NCBI GenBank assembly: GCA_965223795.1
Contig: CBDCXL010000002.1
Coordinates: forward strand, 192,001-256,000
From: Nitrospinales bacterium
GTDB taxonomy: Bacteria; Nitrospinota; Nitrospinia; Nitrospinales; VA-1
Reading direction: 5' to 3'
Length of the DNA stretch: 64,000 bases
Shown here: in pieces, positions 39,062 through 48,112 of the stretch
How the letters are laid out: each line of letters opens with the position of its first letter
Position numbering within the stretch: the stretch's first letter is position 1
Made by a program: the position numbers and the translations under genes
The notes under the pieces: generated by a model
Seen by the model: only the letters and a program-made list of their open reading frames with translations
Told to the model about the DNA's origin: nothing
Database searches by the model: none

Positions 39062-39408
39062 GGCAGGACTTCCAGATTCAGTTGCGCGCTAAAAAGGTTG
39101 TTCCCCAAAGCCTGATACACGGGAGGACCGGTAAAACGGTAGGTGGCCGTGGTGGCCGTGTTCGGCAGCACCCAGTCAAAAGACAGCGCACCTCCGGAAA
39201 GCGTGGTCCCAAAGAACGTGCTGAGTGTGGCTTTCTGGGTCTGTGTGAGGATCAGCGTGGTGGTGACCGGCCTGACGCCAGCCGTGAACCGGCGGCGCAA
39301 TTTCGCGGGTCCCGCGTCCATCTCGGAGCGCAGGAGAAGATCGGGTTCCTGCTCGGAAAATCCCTGTACCTGGAAATTTTGCGGAAGCGTTCCTGGCCAG
39401 CTGGGCAT
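39058..39408 (-). CDS. Distal tail protein (lambda M position)
   Basis: WP.TLP, RSEMDAGPAKLRRRFT. Confidence 0.8.
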   Translation of the reverse strand: MPSWPGTLPQNFQVQGFSEQEPDLLLRSEMDAGPAKLRRRFTAGVRPVTTTLILTQTQKATLSTFFGTTLSGGALSFDWVLPNTATTATYRFTGPPVYQALGNNLFSAQLNLEVLP

Positions 39409-39411
39409 GGA

Positions 39412-40974
39412 TCACCTCGCCACGGTTTGCAGGCGGCCGCCGAGCATGTCCTGAATGGCTTGCAGCGTCGCGCCGCCGTTGCGGATATTCTGCGCGTTGA
39501 TACGGTCGAGCTGGATGGTCAAATCCTGCTGCCCGTTTCCATTCCGGGAACTGCTGGTCTGAACCTGAACGCCAGCGTTGTTGATGATGTTCACATTGAT
39601 GCCGCTTTGACCTGGTCGCGTGACTGATACTCTTTCCCCTGGCGTTGCACGGAATCCCACAAACTGGCTGTCGGTTCCACCTGATCCGCCGACTGTGAAT
39701 GAGCCACCTTGGGCAAATCTAAGAGATGCGGGAACTGCATTTAGCAGCGCCCCAAAAATTCCACCCGTAGAGCCATTCGGCCCGCCACCAAGAGTTCCAG
39801 AACCCCCAAAAAGAACGATTTTTAACATCTGATTTAAAATGTCATTGACTACGCTCTTGGTCAGGTCGCGCAGAGCTTCCAGCGGTCCCTTTGTCCCATC
39901 AATGATTCCCTTCATGGCCTGCTTGGTTCCGGATGCGACGCTCTCCCAGACCTGGCGGACGTTGTTCGCCTGGATCTCCATTTCCTCGAAAACGGCCTTG
40001 AGCTCGCCGAGGCGCTTGTTGCTCCCCATCTCTGCAAACCGCTCGTTGACCTGAGCAAGGCCGATGTCCCACAACAGGATGTCGTCGATCATCTTGGAAG
40101 CCGGGAATCCTTTGACCACTTTTTCCATGGAGAAGGAAACTTTCTTCCCGGTTTCAGCGAGTTTTTCCCCGGCTTCAGCCGTGCCCAACATGAAGTCTTT
40201 AAATTTCTTGATGGCTGCAACCGCCTGGCGAAATTTTTTGATGATCGATGAAAGCACTTTTGCGATCAGCTCAAACGCCGGGGCGATGGTCACCACGATG
40301 TCTTTTGCGAGACCCAAAAATTGAGCGGCTAAATCCACCCAGGTTTTGCGAAGCCGGGTCAAAACGGTGGATTCCTGCTTGGTGAGCACCAACCCGAATC
40401 CTTCGGCTTCCTTTTTGGTCTTTCGGATTCCTTCCGCGCCGTTCTCCATCGTCTGCAGAAGAGCCACGCCGCCCGAGTCGAAGAGCTTGAATGCCAGCCG
40501 AACCTTGTCCGCCTGGCTTGGAATTTTTGATAGTTGTTCGGCGATCGCTTCAAACTGTTGGTCTGGACTGAGTTTGGTCAACTCCACCGCATCCAATCTC
40601 AATTCTTTTAAAGCTCCTTTTGCTTCACCAAAACCAGTAGAGGCTTCGGAAACACGGCGTGTCATTCTCTGGAGCGCAATCAATACCTCGTTGAAAGCCA
40701 CGTTCGCCCTGGCAGCGACAAGCTGGTATTTCGAAAGCTCTTCCCTTGAGACCCCGAGCCGGATGGAGAACTGATTGATTTGGTCGGCGGATTCAACGAT
40801 TTTTCGCGTGGCCAATCCGAGCGACGCGGATATGACCGTGCCCATCACCTTGGTGGCGCTGGACACGCGGTTGGCCGCCTGCTTCATCCTGTCCAGACCT
40901 GCCTTGACAGATTGAAACGCCGCCTTCGTTTTGTCCTTTGCCCTTACATCAAATTTTGCCGCTTTGCTCGCCAT
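39412..40974 (-). CDS. Tail tape measure protein (short, 520 aa)
   Basis: AKDKTKAAFQSV N-terminus, helical body, FAQGGSF.VGGSGGTDSQ C-terminus. Confidence 0.88.
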   Translation of the reverse strand: MASKAAKFDVRAKDKTKAAFQSVKAGLDRMKQAANRVSSATKVMGTVISASLGLATRKIVESADQINQFSIRLGVSREELSKYQLVAARANVAFNEVLIALQRMTRRVSEASTGFGEAKGALKELRLDAVELTKLSPDQQFEAIAEQLSKIPSQADKVRLAFKLFDSGGVALLQTMENGAEGIRKTKKEAEGFGLVLTKQESTVLTRLRKTWVDLAAQFLGLAKDIVVTIAPAFELIAKVLSSIIKKFRQAVAAIKKFKDFMLGTAEAGEKLAETGKKVSFSMEKVVKGFPASKMIDDILLWDIGLAQVNERFAEMGSNKRLGELKAVFEEMEIQANNVRQVWESVASGTKQAMKGIIDGTKGPLEALRDLTKSVVNDILNQMLKIVLFGGSGTLGGGPNGSTGGIFGALLNAVPASLRFAQGGSFTVGGSGGTDSQFVGFRATPGERVSVTRPGQSGINVNIINNAGVQVQTSSSRNGNGQQDLTIQLDRINAQNIRNGGATLQAIQDMLGGRLQTVAR

Positions 40975-41113
40975 CGGGGTATTTTTGCTTATAGAAAACG
41001 ATCCAGGTTTGAAATTCGGATACGGTCATTTCCTCAACTTCGGAAATCGTCTTGTTCAGCTGGTCGGCAATGAAGAATTTCCAGAAACGGTCCGTATCCG
41101 TCAGGAGTTTTTT
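40949..41113 (-). CDS. -1 frameshift extension of the tail assembly chaperone (gpGT-like)
   Basis: Slippery A AAA AAC at 41113-41107. The -1 frame reads LLTDTDRFWKFFIADQLNKTISEVEEMTVSEFQTWIVFYKQK...KI* to 40949. Confidence 0.8.
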   Translation of the reverse strand, partial: KKLLTDTDRFWKFFIADQLNKTISEVEEMTVSEFQTWIVFYKQKYPDGEQSGKI

Positions 41114-41469
41114 TCGATTTGTTCCTGGGTTTCCGCGCCCATCATCTGCACAAAGATTCGCTCGACGACGGACCCGGAAATACTGGTCATCAGCGAATTT
41201 TTGTCATTGAGTGTGAACAGCTTTTCCCTCTGCTCATTCTCGGCTTTCAGGATCAACGCGTACACCGCCATTTCGTAGGCATCGCCTTTCGATCTTTTAT
41301 CGAGAAGTTGCTTGTCCTTCATGGTCAGAGGGGGGCAGTAAATTTGAAATCCCCATTCGGGCACATCGATGACGGTTCTTTCCTGACTTTCCATGTGATC
41401 GATTGCGGCCTGCAAAGCCGGGGATACTTGCCTCACGTTTTGTTCATTCGTCATAAATAAATTCTCCAA
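41101..41469 (-). CDS. Tail assembly chaperone (gpG-like)
   Basis: Between the tail tube and TMP genes; DVPEWG; ends EKNS at the slippery site. Confidence 0.8.
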   Translation of the reverse strand: MENLFMTNEQNVRQVSPALQAAIDHMESQERTVIDVPEWGFQIYCPPLTMKDKQLLDKRSKGDAYEMAVYALILKAENEQREKLFTLNDKNSLMTSISGSVVERIFVQMMGAETQEQIEKNS

Positions 41470-41531
41470 TATTTGATTTGCTCAGTTGTATGGAATCCAG
41501 ACAACCGCCAGTTATCCGAAAACCGGACAAC

Positions 41532-41927
41532 TTACGGATCGGTGGATTCGGTCAGCGCACCATTTCCTTTGAACGTGAAACTCTGCTCGACAATTCCATC
41601 GATTTGAGCTGATTTCGATTTCCCTGTGATGATCGCGGAACCGGTGAAAAATGTTTTGCCGGTCGCCACCGCTCCCTCCGGCCGCAGGTTCAGTGTGACC
41701 TCGGCACCGATGGTCATGGCCTGCTGACCGTTGGTGTCGGTTTCATCCCAGAAGGCATCGAACTGACCATCCCATGCCTTTCTGGCCGCCTTGTGTGTTT
41801 CCCATTCATCGTTCAAGTTAGAATCATCCATAGTTCCCGCTGATTCATTCAGGCTCCAGCCTCTGATTTCTGCAATATCGTTGGAGCCGACTTGAACGAC
41901 GCCCTCACTTCCTTTATGGTTTGCCAT
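41532..41927 (-). CDS. Major tail tube protein
   Basis: MANHKGSEGVV, W.G.FDAFWDETD, SFTFKGNGAL. Confidence 0.8.
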   Translation of the reverse strand: MANHKGSEGVVQVGSNDIAEIRGWSLNESAGTMDDSNLNDEWETHKAARKAWDGQFDAFWDETDTNGQQAMTIGAEVTLNLRPEGAVATGKTFFTGSAIITGKSKSAQIDGIVEQSFTFKGNGALTESTDP

Positions 41928-41945
41928 GTTTGATTTCTCCTTGTT

Positions 41946-42404
41946 TTAAGCCACGATCACGTCCGGTGCGCCTTCGTTCACGTGGTACATTGCGATCCAT
42001 TTCATGATGGCGGAGACGGCCGTCTGCTCGCCCTCCCCCGATCGGTTGAACTCTGTGGTTTCCAGCCTGAGATCCTTGGTCAGCCCGCCCATTGCGGTGT
42101 CGGCTTCCAGGGCCTTCTGCACCTCGTTGCAGATCGTGTCCAGGGTTTCCTCGGCCGAGTCCGCGCCCGATTCGATCACCACCGCCTCGATGGAAAAGGT
42201 GGGGGTGCGCTCGACTTTCAGAACACCGCCCGTGCTTGAAATCCTCTCGCCCGGATCATCTTCGGTGTAGATGAACAGGCCGGGAAGCATCGAATCATCA
42301 ATCTGGAAAACCCGGTTTTGGAACACATTCGACCCCGTGGTGGTCAGGCCGGTGACGGCGGTTTCAATCGCGTCGCGGATCTGCTTTCGTGCGTGGTCGG
42401 GCAT
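41946..42404 (-). CDS. Tail terminator/completion protein
   Basis: HARKQIRDA...TTTGSNVF.NR; position upstream of the tube gene. Confidence 0.7.
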   Translation of the reverse strand: MPDHARKQIRDAIETAVTGLTTTGSNVFQNRVFQIDDSMLPGLFIYTEDDPGERISSTGGVLKVERTPTFSIEAVVIESGADSAEETLDTICNEVQKALEADTAMGGLTKDLRLETTEFNRSGEGEQTAVSAIMKWIAMYHVNEGAPDVIVA

Positions 42405-42407
42405 GGT

Positions 42408-42716
42408 TCACACTTTCTTGAGGCGCAGGGTGGCCCAGCCGGTGCCGTCGTCCTCGATTTTTGATTTGATGCGGTAATTCATGGAATTGATCACCACCAG
42501 GTCGCCCTCGACGGCTCCGGCGACATCGGCCAGAGGGCAACCGAACTCCGGCTGTTTTTGGATGGCCGGAACTTCGCCGCCGAGATCGACCGGGACGGAT
42601 TCGTTGTCGAAGATCCCCTTGACGGCCGTGGGCACACTCATGATTGTGATCGTGGCCGTGGTGCCGAAATCGTTCTCGTTCGTGAAAACGGTGAAATCTT
42701 CCGTGAAGGGCATCAA
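42408..42716 (-). CDS. Head-tail joining protein (FII-like)
   Basis: VKGIFDNE, DDGTGW..LRL. Confidence 0.7.
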   Translation of the reverse strand: MMPFTEDFTVFTNENDFGTTATITIMSVPTAVKGIFDNESVPVDLGGEVPAIQKQPEFGCPLADVAGAVEGDLVVINSMNYRIKSKIEDDGTGWATLRLKKV

Positions 42717-43081
42717 TGGTGCCTTTCCAATTTTTTAACCCGCTCTTCCATCACAGGGTGACCGGCTTTGCTGATATGCGCATCGAACTTGGATTGCAGA
42801 TCCGCGATGCTGTTCTTGTTCACTTCAATCTGAATCCCGGCTTCCGCCAGCTGCCGGATGTACTCGCCCGCCGTGTCCGAAACGGTTTTATCCAGCTTGC
42901 GAAACTCGCGCAGGGTCTCCTTGTGATTTTCGGCCACGGTCTTTTGCAAGTCCCCGAAACCTGTCACAAGCCATCCAATCACGGCCACAACGGAGATGCC
43001 GCTTGTGCCTTTGCCCCAGTGCCTCTTGATGGCACCCTGCACCGGCCCGCATTTTTCCTTTTCCTGCTGTTCCTCCGCCAC
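42713..43081 (-). CDS. Small protein with hydrophobic N-segment and coiled coil
   Basis: GISVVAVIGWLVTGF followed by a heptad-like region. Confidence 0.55.
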   Translation of the reverse strand: MAEEQQEKEKCGPVQGAIKRHWGKGTSGISVVAVIGWLVTGFGDLQKTVAENHKETLREFRKLDKTVSDTAGEYIRQLAEAGIQIEVNKNSIADLQSKFDAHISKAGHPVMEERVKKLERHH

Positions 43082-43119
43082 GTTTCCCCCTTCCGTTTCC
43101 GCGTGAAACCAGGTTGAAA

Positions 43120-45180
43120 TTAAGGCGCGTCTCTCAAGTCGGTGGTCACAAAATAGTGCAGCTCAACTTCAATGCTTTCACTCGCGCCGCCGATGGTCCC
43201 GCCTGCGGTGGACGCATCGGTCATCGCGCAAAGAACGATGTCCCGCGTGTTCCCCGTAAAAAAGTTATTCATCTTCCGGCCTTTTGAATTCTTGGTGAGC
43301 CCCGTGGTTTCGGTCAGCTCGTCTGGATCGGTGCAGTCATCGTGAGCCAGGCCGAAACGGTCCGCACCGCTGGCACCCGTTATTGCCGTGTTTGCCCGGA
43401 TGGCCGCGCCGAAAATGTGGGACTGGCTGGGGATGTCGTCGATCACGATGAAGGATGCCGCGGCGGTGGACACATCGACGTTCACGCGGGATTTTTTCAG
43501 GTAAAAGATTTCGCCTTTCCAGTCGGTTGTGTCGAGGTTCGCCGTGCCCGCGGTCCCGTATACGTTTTCCAGGGCGTGGATGTGCCGGGAATCGCCGGTG
43601 AAGGTCCCCGCGAACGTGGCGCCGGTCTTGGCGATGGTGTTGCCTTTGGCATTTATCACGGCGTCCTGGGTTGCGGCGTAGACTTGAAGGTGGTTCGACG
43701 TGTTGGATTTGAGGGTGCTGCCGAAGATGTTGAACGGTCCGCGCCAGCCGAATTCCAGGATGCGGTTGTCGGTCGGCGGGTTGTCGGCGTCCATGTGGAA
43801 GCGGTGGTCAATGATATTGACCGGGAAATTCACGCTCGATTCGCCGTCGGCCCCGAACATTCCCAGGCGGCCGGTTCCCTCAGACAGGCAGGACTGAATG
43901 TAGATCGTGTCCGCCGGATTTTTTACATAGAAATCGGATACGTTGTTCTGCGCTTCGCAGTTTTCGATCTTGAAGGAGCCGCCGTTTCCGGCCTGGCCGC
44001 CGCCGGTCCCCAGCGCGGTGGTGACCCCATAGGGGCCATCGGCGCGGTCATCCCCGGTCGCCCAATCGAACGCAAGAAATGTGGATTCATCTCCGACGAC
44101 GCGCAGATTTTCGTACAAATTGTTTTTCGCCTGGCTGTGCTCCTGCGACACCCCCGCCAGCGTGTAATTGATGAATTCGCAATCTTCGCAATGGTGGAAA
44201 TCGTTGTTGCCGTCCGGTCCGTCCCCGGCCGGCGTGAGAGTCGCGCCCACGGAATCGCCGTCCACCAGGCGCATGCCGTACTTGCACCACCCGTTGCTGG
44301 TGCAGTCGGCGCGGATTCGCTTTAAGGTTCCGTAACGCGTGGTGTGGCCGTCCAGAGTTTCCAGCTGAAACACCGCACCCAGGGCCGAGGATGCGGTGAT
44401 CGAGATGTCATGGAAATGCGGAAATTTCAGGCCGCGCAAGCGGAACAGCGGCTTGTCCGCATCATCCAGGTCGGCGATGAACTGACAGCCACCGGTCCCG
44501 CCGGTGTTGGTGGAGCCCGGCCGGTTGGAGCCGAACGAAAACGGCGGATTCTGCGAGGCCCATTTGAAATCCAGGGTGTCGGTGATCCGGTAACGGCCGT
44601 CCTTGCAATGGATCCTTCCCGAAATCCCGCTGTCTTCCAGCTCGGTGATCGCGTCGTGCCAGCATTGATAGGCATCGGTCACGCCATCGTCCGGGCAGTC
44701 GGGCTCCGTCGTCTCTCCAAAGCCGATCTCCGGAGGCTGAGAACTGGCGATGTCCACATTGTAGGATTCCGTCACGATCGCGGAACAGTTCAACGTGGTG
44801 GAGTGCTCGTGCTGGATGTTGTAGGTCATGCCTGTGTGCACGACCAGGTGGTCGATGATCTTCTCGCCGGCACGGATCTTTTTGCCGCGGTTCAGGTAGA
44901 CTGTTTTCTGCACAGCATTGAAGGTCTGCACCACCTTGACCACGGTGGAGCTGGGGCACTCGATCTGGAGCGTGTGCTTTACCGGAAACTCGGTGTGCAG
45001 AAAGACACCGCCGGCCTTTCTTTCGGCCGATGTCGATTTGTCCAGATCCGAGGCGAACCAGTCCGCATTGGCGGCCGTGGCGACGGCATCCCATTTTTTG
45101 GCGATCTCAAGGGTTTGGGCAAAGCCTATGGACGGTAGCAGGAGGATTGAAAGCAGAATGAATGAGAATATTTTTTTCAT
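43120..45180 (-). CDS. Signal-peptide-bearing parallel beta-helix (tailspike/depolymerase-like) protein
   Basis: MKKIFSFILLSILLLPSIGFA signal; DDGVTDAYQ...GRYRITDTL pectate-lyase-3-like start; Cys-rich. Confidence 0.7.
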   Translation of the reverse strand: MKKIFSFILLSILLLPSIGFAQTLEIAKKWDAVATAANADWFASDLDKSTSAERKAGGVFLHTEFPVKHTLQIECPSSTVVKVVQTFNAVQKTVYLNRGKKIRAGEKIIDHLVVHTGMTYNIQHEHSTTLNCSAIVTESYNVDIASSQPPEIGFGETTEPDCPDDGVTDAYQCWHDAITELEDSGISGRIHCKDGRYRITDTLDFKWASQNPPFSFGSNRPGSTNTGGTGGCQFIADLDDADKPLFRLRGLKFPHFHDISITASSALGAVFQLETLDGHTTRYGTLKRIRADCTSNGWCKYGMRLVDGDSVGATLTPAGDGPDGNNDFHHCEDCEFINYTLAGVSQEHSQAKNNLYENLRVVGDESTFLAFDWATGDDRADGPYGVTTALGTGGGQAGNGGSFKIENCEAQNNVSDFYVKNPADTIYIQSCLSEGTGRLGMFGADGESSVNFPVNIIDHRFHMDADNPPTDNRILEFGWRGPFNIFGSTLKSNTSNHLQVYAATQDAVINAKGNTIAKTGATFAGTFTGDSRHIHALENVYGTAGTANLDTTDWKGEIFYLKKSRVNVDVSTAAASFIVIDDIPSQSHIFGAAIRANTAITGASGADRFGLAHDDCTDPDELTETTGLTKNSKGRKMNNFFTGNTRDIVLCAMTDASTAGGTIGGASESIEVELHYFVTTDLRDAP

Positions 45181-45196
45181 TAGATTTTGGTGAAAT

Positions 45197-45224
45197 GGCC
45201 CGCCACCTTAATCGGTGGCAGGCC
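45197..45224 (-). terminator. Stem-loop between the decoration gene and the beta-helix gene
   Basis: GGCCTGCCACC-gattaa-GGTGGCGGGCC-atttc on the minus strand; weak U-tract. Confidence 0.45.
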
Positions 45225-45245
45225 TGGTTTCAATTCAGTGAAAAC

Positions 45246-45683
45246 TTAAACGGGCAGCTCGGTTTTTCCGCCTTTGACTGCCGTGACGGCGAGCGGGGTC
45301 CCGTTCGTGTGCGTTCCGATGACGTTGATCCGGACGCGCACGTACCGCTTTTTCCCGCGGTACTGGCCCTGGACAACGGTCTGGTCCTTGGTGGCATCGT
45401 CCATGACGTAGAACGTGCCCACCTGGGCTCCGGTAACGGCGTCTCGGACTTCCGCGTCAGGGACGTTGACGAAAGTCGAATTGTCATCCGAGTGCTGCAT
45501 GTAGAATTCCATTTTCACGGAACCTGACAGCGTATCACCGCTCAAACCCAGGTTGCAGTTGAAAAGGATGCTGTTGAAATCCTTCATGTCATGACCAAAG
45601 CCGGTTTCATCGCTGGTCACAACCCTTCCGTCCAGTGCCTTTTCGAACGACAGGCTGGTCAAAAGATCCTTTGCTGGAAACAT
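45246..45683 (-). CDS. Putative capsid decoration/cement protein
   Basis: Beta-rich, QHSDD and KRYVRV motifs; downstream of the capsid gene. Confidence 0.6.
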   Translation of the reverse strand: MFPAKDLLTSLSFEKALDGRVVTSDETGFGHDMKDFNSILFNCNLGLSGDTLSGSVKMEFYMQHSDDNSTFVNVPDAEVRDAVTGAQVGTFYVMDDATKDQTVVQGQYRGKKRYVRVRINVIGTHTNGTPLAVTAVKGGKTELPV

Positions 45684-45735
45684 GGAGTTTTTCCTTTCTA
45701 TGAGAATTCAGGGAATGAACTGAGATCCACTGAAT

Positions 45736-46035
45736 TTATTTTTTGTTTTTCTTGCCCTCTTCTTCTTCCTGTTTGGCCTGCTGCTCGCGCTGTTTTTTGG
45801 CTTCGGCCTCGGCCTTTTCTTTTGCAGGGCGTTCGGCTTCGCGTTTCCTGGCCAGAGCGGCTTTTTCTTCCTCGATCTTTTTCAGGATCGGAGCCATTTC
45901 CGCTTCGGTGCAGGCGCGCGCCTTCTGGTTGTGGATGAGCGTCCGGCCGTCGCTGTCGGAAACCTCAACCGGCTCCGGTCCGGCCATCAATGGCCTGCCG
46001 GACACGAAGGTGTTGGCTGTGATGATCAGGTGCAT
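45736..46035 (-). CDS. Small head-associated hypothetical protein
   Basis: Follows the capsid gene; K/E-rich tail. Confidence 0.55.
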   Translation of the reverse strand: MHLIITANTFVSGRPLMAGPEPVEVSDSDGRTLIHNQKARACTEAEMAPILKKIEEEKAALARKREAERPAKEKAEAEAKKQREQQAKQEEEEGKKNKK

Positions 46036-46090
46036 GGTTTTTCTCCTGGTTACCGGGTTTTTGTTTTCAGTTCAGTTCAAGGGCTTCCGA

Positions 46091-48112
46091 TTACGCCGGG
46101 TCCGCGTCGAGCATGGCCGACATCGAAGCCGCGCGCCGGAGCACGGTGTCCACGTCGCGGAAATTCACGATCCGGATGGTGCCGGTGTTGCTGCCCGTGT
46201 ACGGATCGACCAGGACATCCAGGACGCCCCAGTAACCGATGATCAGATCCGCCCAGTTACCAAACAGGATGTAGGACAGGTTCGTCCCGCTTCCCTTGGC
46301 AATGTTGGTCGGGATCTGGTTGGACACGCCCACCCGGTATCCGTTCATGGTGACAAAGCCGTCCTGCATGTTGCGCTCGTCGATGATGAACGGCAGGTTG
46401 GTGCCTTTCTGGGTGGTCTTGAGCTTGCCGACGATCTTGGAGCTGGTCAAATAGCCCAGGGTTCCGAGCAGTGCGTTGGCGTTGGCGGCTTGGGTTTCCA
46501 GATCGACCACGTGCGCCCAGGTGGGGGCCGCGCCGTCCGTGCCGCCGACCACCGAACCGATGCCGGTGATGTTGACGATGCCGCGCGGTTCGCCGTTGGC
46601 ACCGGCACCGGTCAGAGCGGCCAGATCGATCATGAGCGCCAGGACGGTTGCGAGATCCATTCGGACAAACGCCTCGACATCGAGGCTCGACTGCGAGATG
46701 AGCCTGCGGGAAATGTCGGTGTACGCGCCCACGGTGTGCGGCGTCATTCCGATCTGCCCCAGGACCTGCTGGCTTTCGGTCGGCGCTTCGCCCTCGTTCA
46801 GCCAGTACCCGGTGGCCGCGCCGGTGTGCTTGGGAATCGCCACATCGCCCTGCAGGCCGTCCATCTGGAAAGCGCCCATCCTGGCGACCATCATGGAATT
46901 GCGCAGCAGCTCCACGAAAGACATGTTCTGCAGGCCGACCAGGTAGCCGCCCGCAGTGGCGATGTCGGTGGTCAGATCGCGCCGGCCGCCGAGCCTGGCG
47001 ATCTGTTCCAGCGAACGTGTCATGAAATCATCCGAGATCATGGGCCGAGAGCGCAGGACTTCCAGCGGAACCATGAAGCCGGGGCCGCCGCGATTGGATT
47101 TGAATTTTTTCTCGCAGGCCTGGGAAACCTCCTGCTCGAACGGAGCATCCCGCATGTCGCCTTTCTCCATCACGGACCGGGCGGCCCGAAGGAAGGAGAA
47201 TTCCCGAGTTTCCTTTTCCGAAAGACCCAACTCCGGATCGGTTTCGATCGGCTTGGCGTTCATCACCTCGGTCAACATTTTTTCGCGGAACGCTTCGAGG
47301 GTCGTACTGTCGGCGATGGCTTTCTGCGCTTCTTCGCGCTTGCCGAGTTTTTCCCCGATGGCGTTGATCTCCTTGATCCGGTCCTTTTCCTGGGCTCGGG
47401 CGAGTTCCCGGATCTTCGCTTTTTCCTCTTCCGCCTTGCGCTTGGCCTCTTCGGCTTCCTTTTTCTTCCGCTCTTCGTCCTGGACCCGTTTGCGCTCTTC
47501 GGCCTGGATTCTCTTTTTTTCTTCCTCGTCCATCGGCTTGCTCCTTTCGATTATGTTTTCCGGTGTTTCTTCACGGCCGACACCCACGGTGGCATCCGCG
47601 GGAATGGAAACCATGCTGATTTCAAACGGCTCCCAATCGGTAATGCGAAACACAGAAGGTTCGTTCTTTTTTTCTTTTTCCAGAATCACTTCGTGCACCA
47701 TGTATCCAACGGATACTTTTTTCCGGATGCCGTCCAAGACATCCTGAAACACTTCTTCGGCTCGCGCGCTTTTGCCAAAGCGCACCACGGCCCGCCCCAT
47801 GCGGTCATGTCCGATGGTGATGGACTCGATCACGCCCACATGATCGCGGCGGTCGTGTTCCACCAGTAACGGCCCTCCTTCTTTCAGCCTGCCAAGCCTG
47901 ATTGACTTTGAGCTGTGATCGAGAATTTCCACATGGAAAAATCGTTCCACGGGTTCCTCGGATGAAAACGCAAGACTGACAGTTCGTTTTTCCTCGTCAA
48001 TGTCTTCCCGCTTGATGAGGGAATCCCGAAACTGTTTTTTGCCTTTTATGTCGCAATCCCGTTTCCGGAATTCGGCTTTATTCTTTTTTTTCATCGCCCT
48101 TTTCTTCGTCAT
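46091..48112 (-). CDS. Fused prohead protease and HK97-fold major capsid protein
   Basis: LLVEHD, VSVGY, EISMVSIPAD protease; coiled-coil linker; capsid motifs GGYLV, FGNWADL, VDPYT. Confidence 0.9.
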   Translation of the reverse strand: MTKKRAMKKKNKAEFRKRDCDIKGKKQFRDSLIKREDIDEEKRTVSLAFSSEEPVERFFHVEILDHSSKSIRLGRLKEGGPLLVEHDRRDHVGVIESITIGHDRMGRAVVRFGKSARAEEVFQDVLDGIRKKVSVGYMVHEVILEKEKKNEPSVFRITDWEPFEISMVSIPADATVGVGREETPENIIERSKPMDEEEKKRIQAEERKRVQDEERKKKEAEEAKRKAEEEKAKIRELARAQEKDRIKEINAIGEKLGKREEAQKAIADSTTLEAFREKMLTEVMNAKPIETDPELGLSEKETREFSFLRAARSVMEKGDMRDAPFEQEVSQACEKKFKSNRGGPGFMVPLEVLRSRPMISDDFMTRSLEQIARLGGRRDLTTDIATAGGYLVGLQNMSFVELLRNSMMVARMGAFQMDGLQGDVAIPKHTGAATGYWLNEGEAPTESQQVLGQIGMTPHTVGAYTDISRRLISQSSLDVEAFVRMDLATVLALMIDLAALTGAGANGEPRGIVNITGIGSVVGGTDGAAPTWAHVVDLETQAANANALLGTLGYLTSSKIVGKLKTTQKGTNLPFIIDERNMQDGFVTMNGYRVGVSNQIPTNIAKGSGTNLSYILFGNWADLIIGYWGVLDVLVDPYTGSNTGTIRIVNFRDVDTVLRRAASMSAMLDADPA

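Noticed and set aside
43095..43110. Additional parS sites (also ~38565-38580)
   Set aside because: Only ~12/16 matches with one good half-site; one lies inside a coding region.
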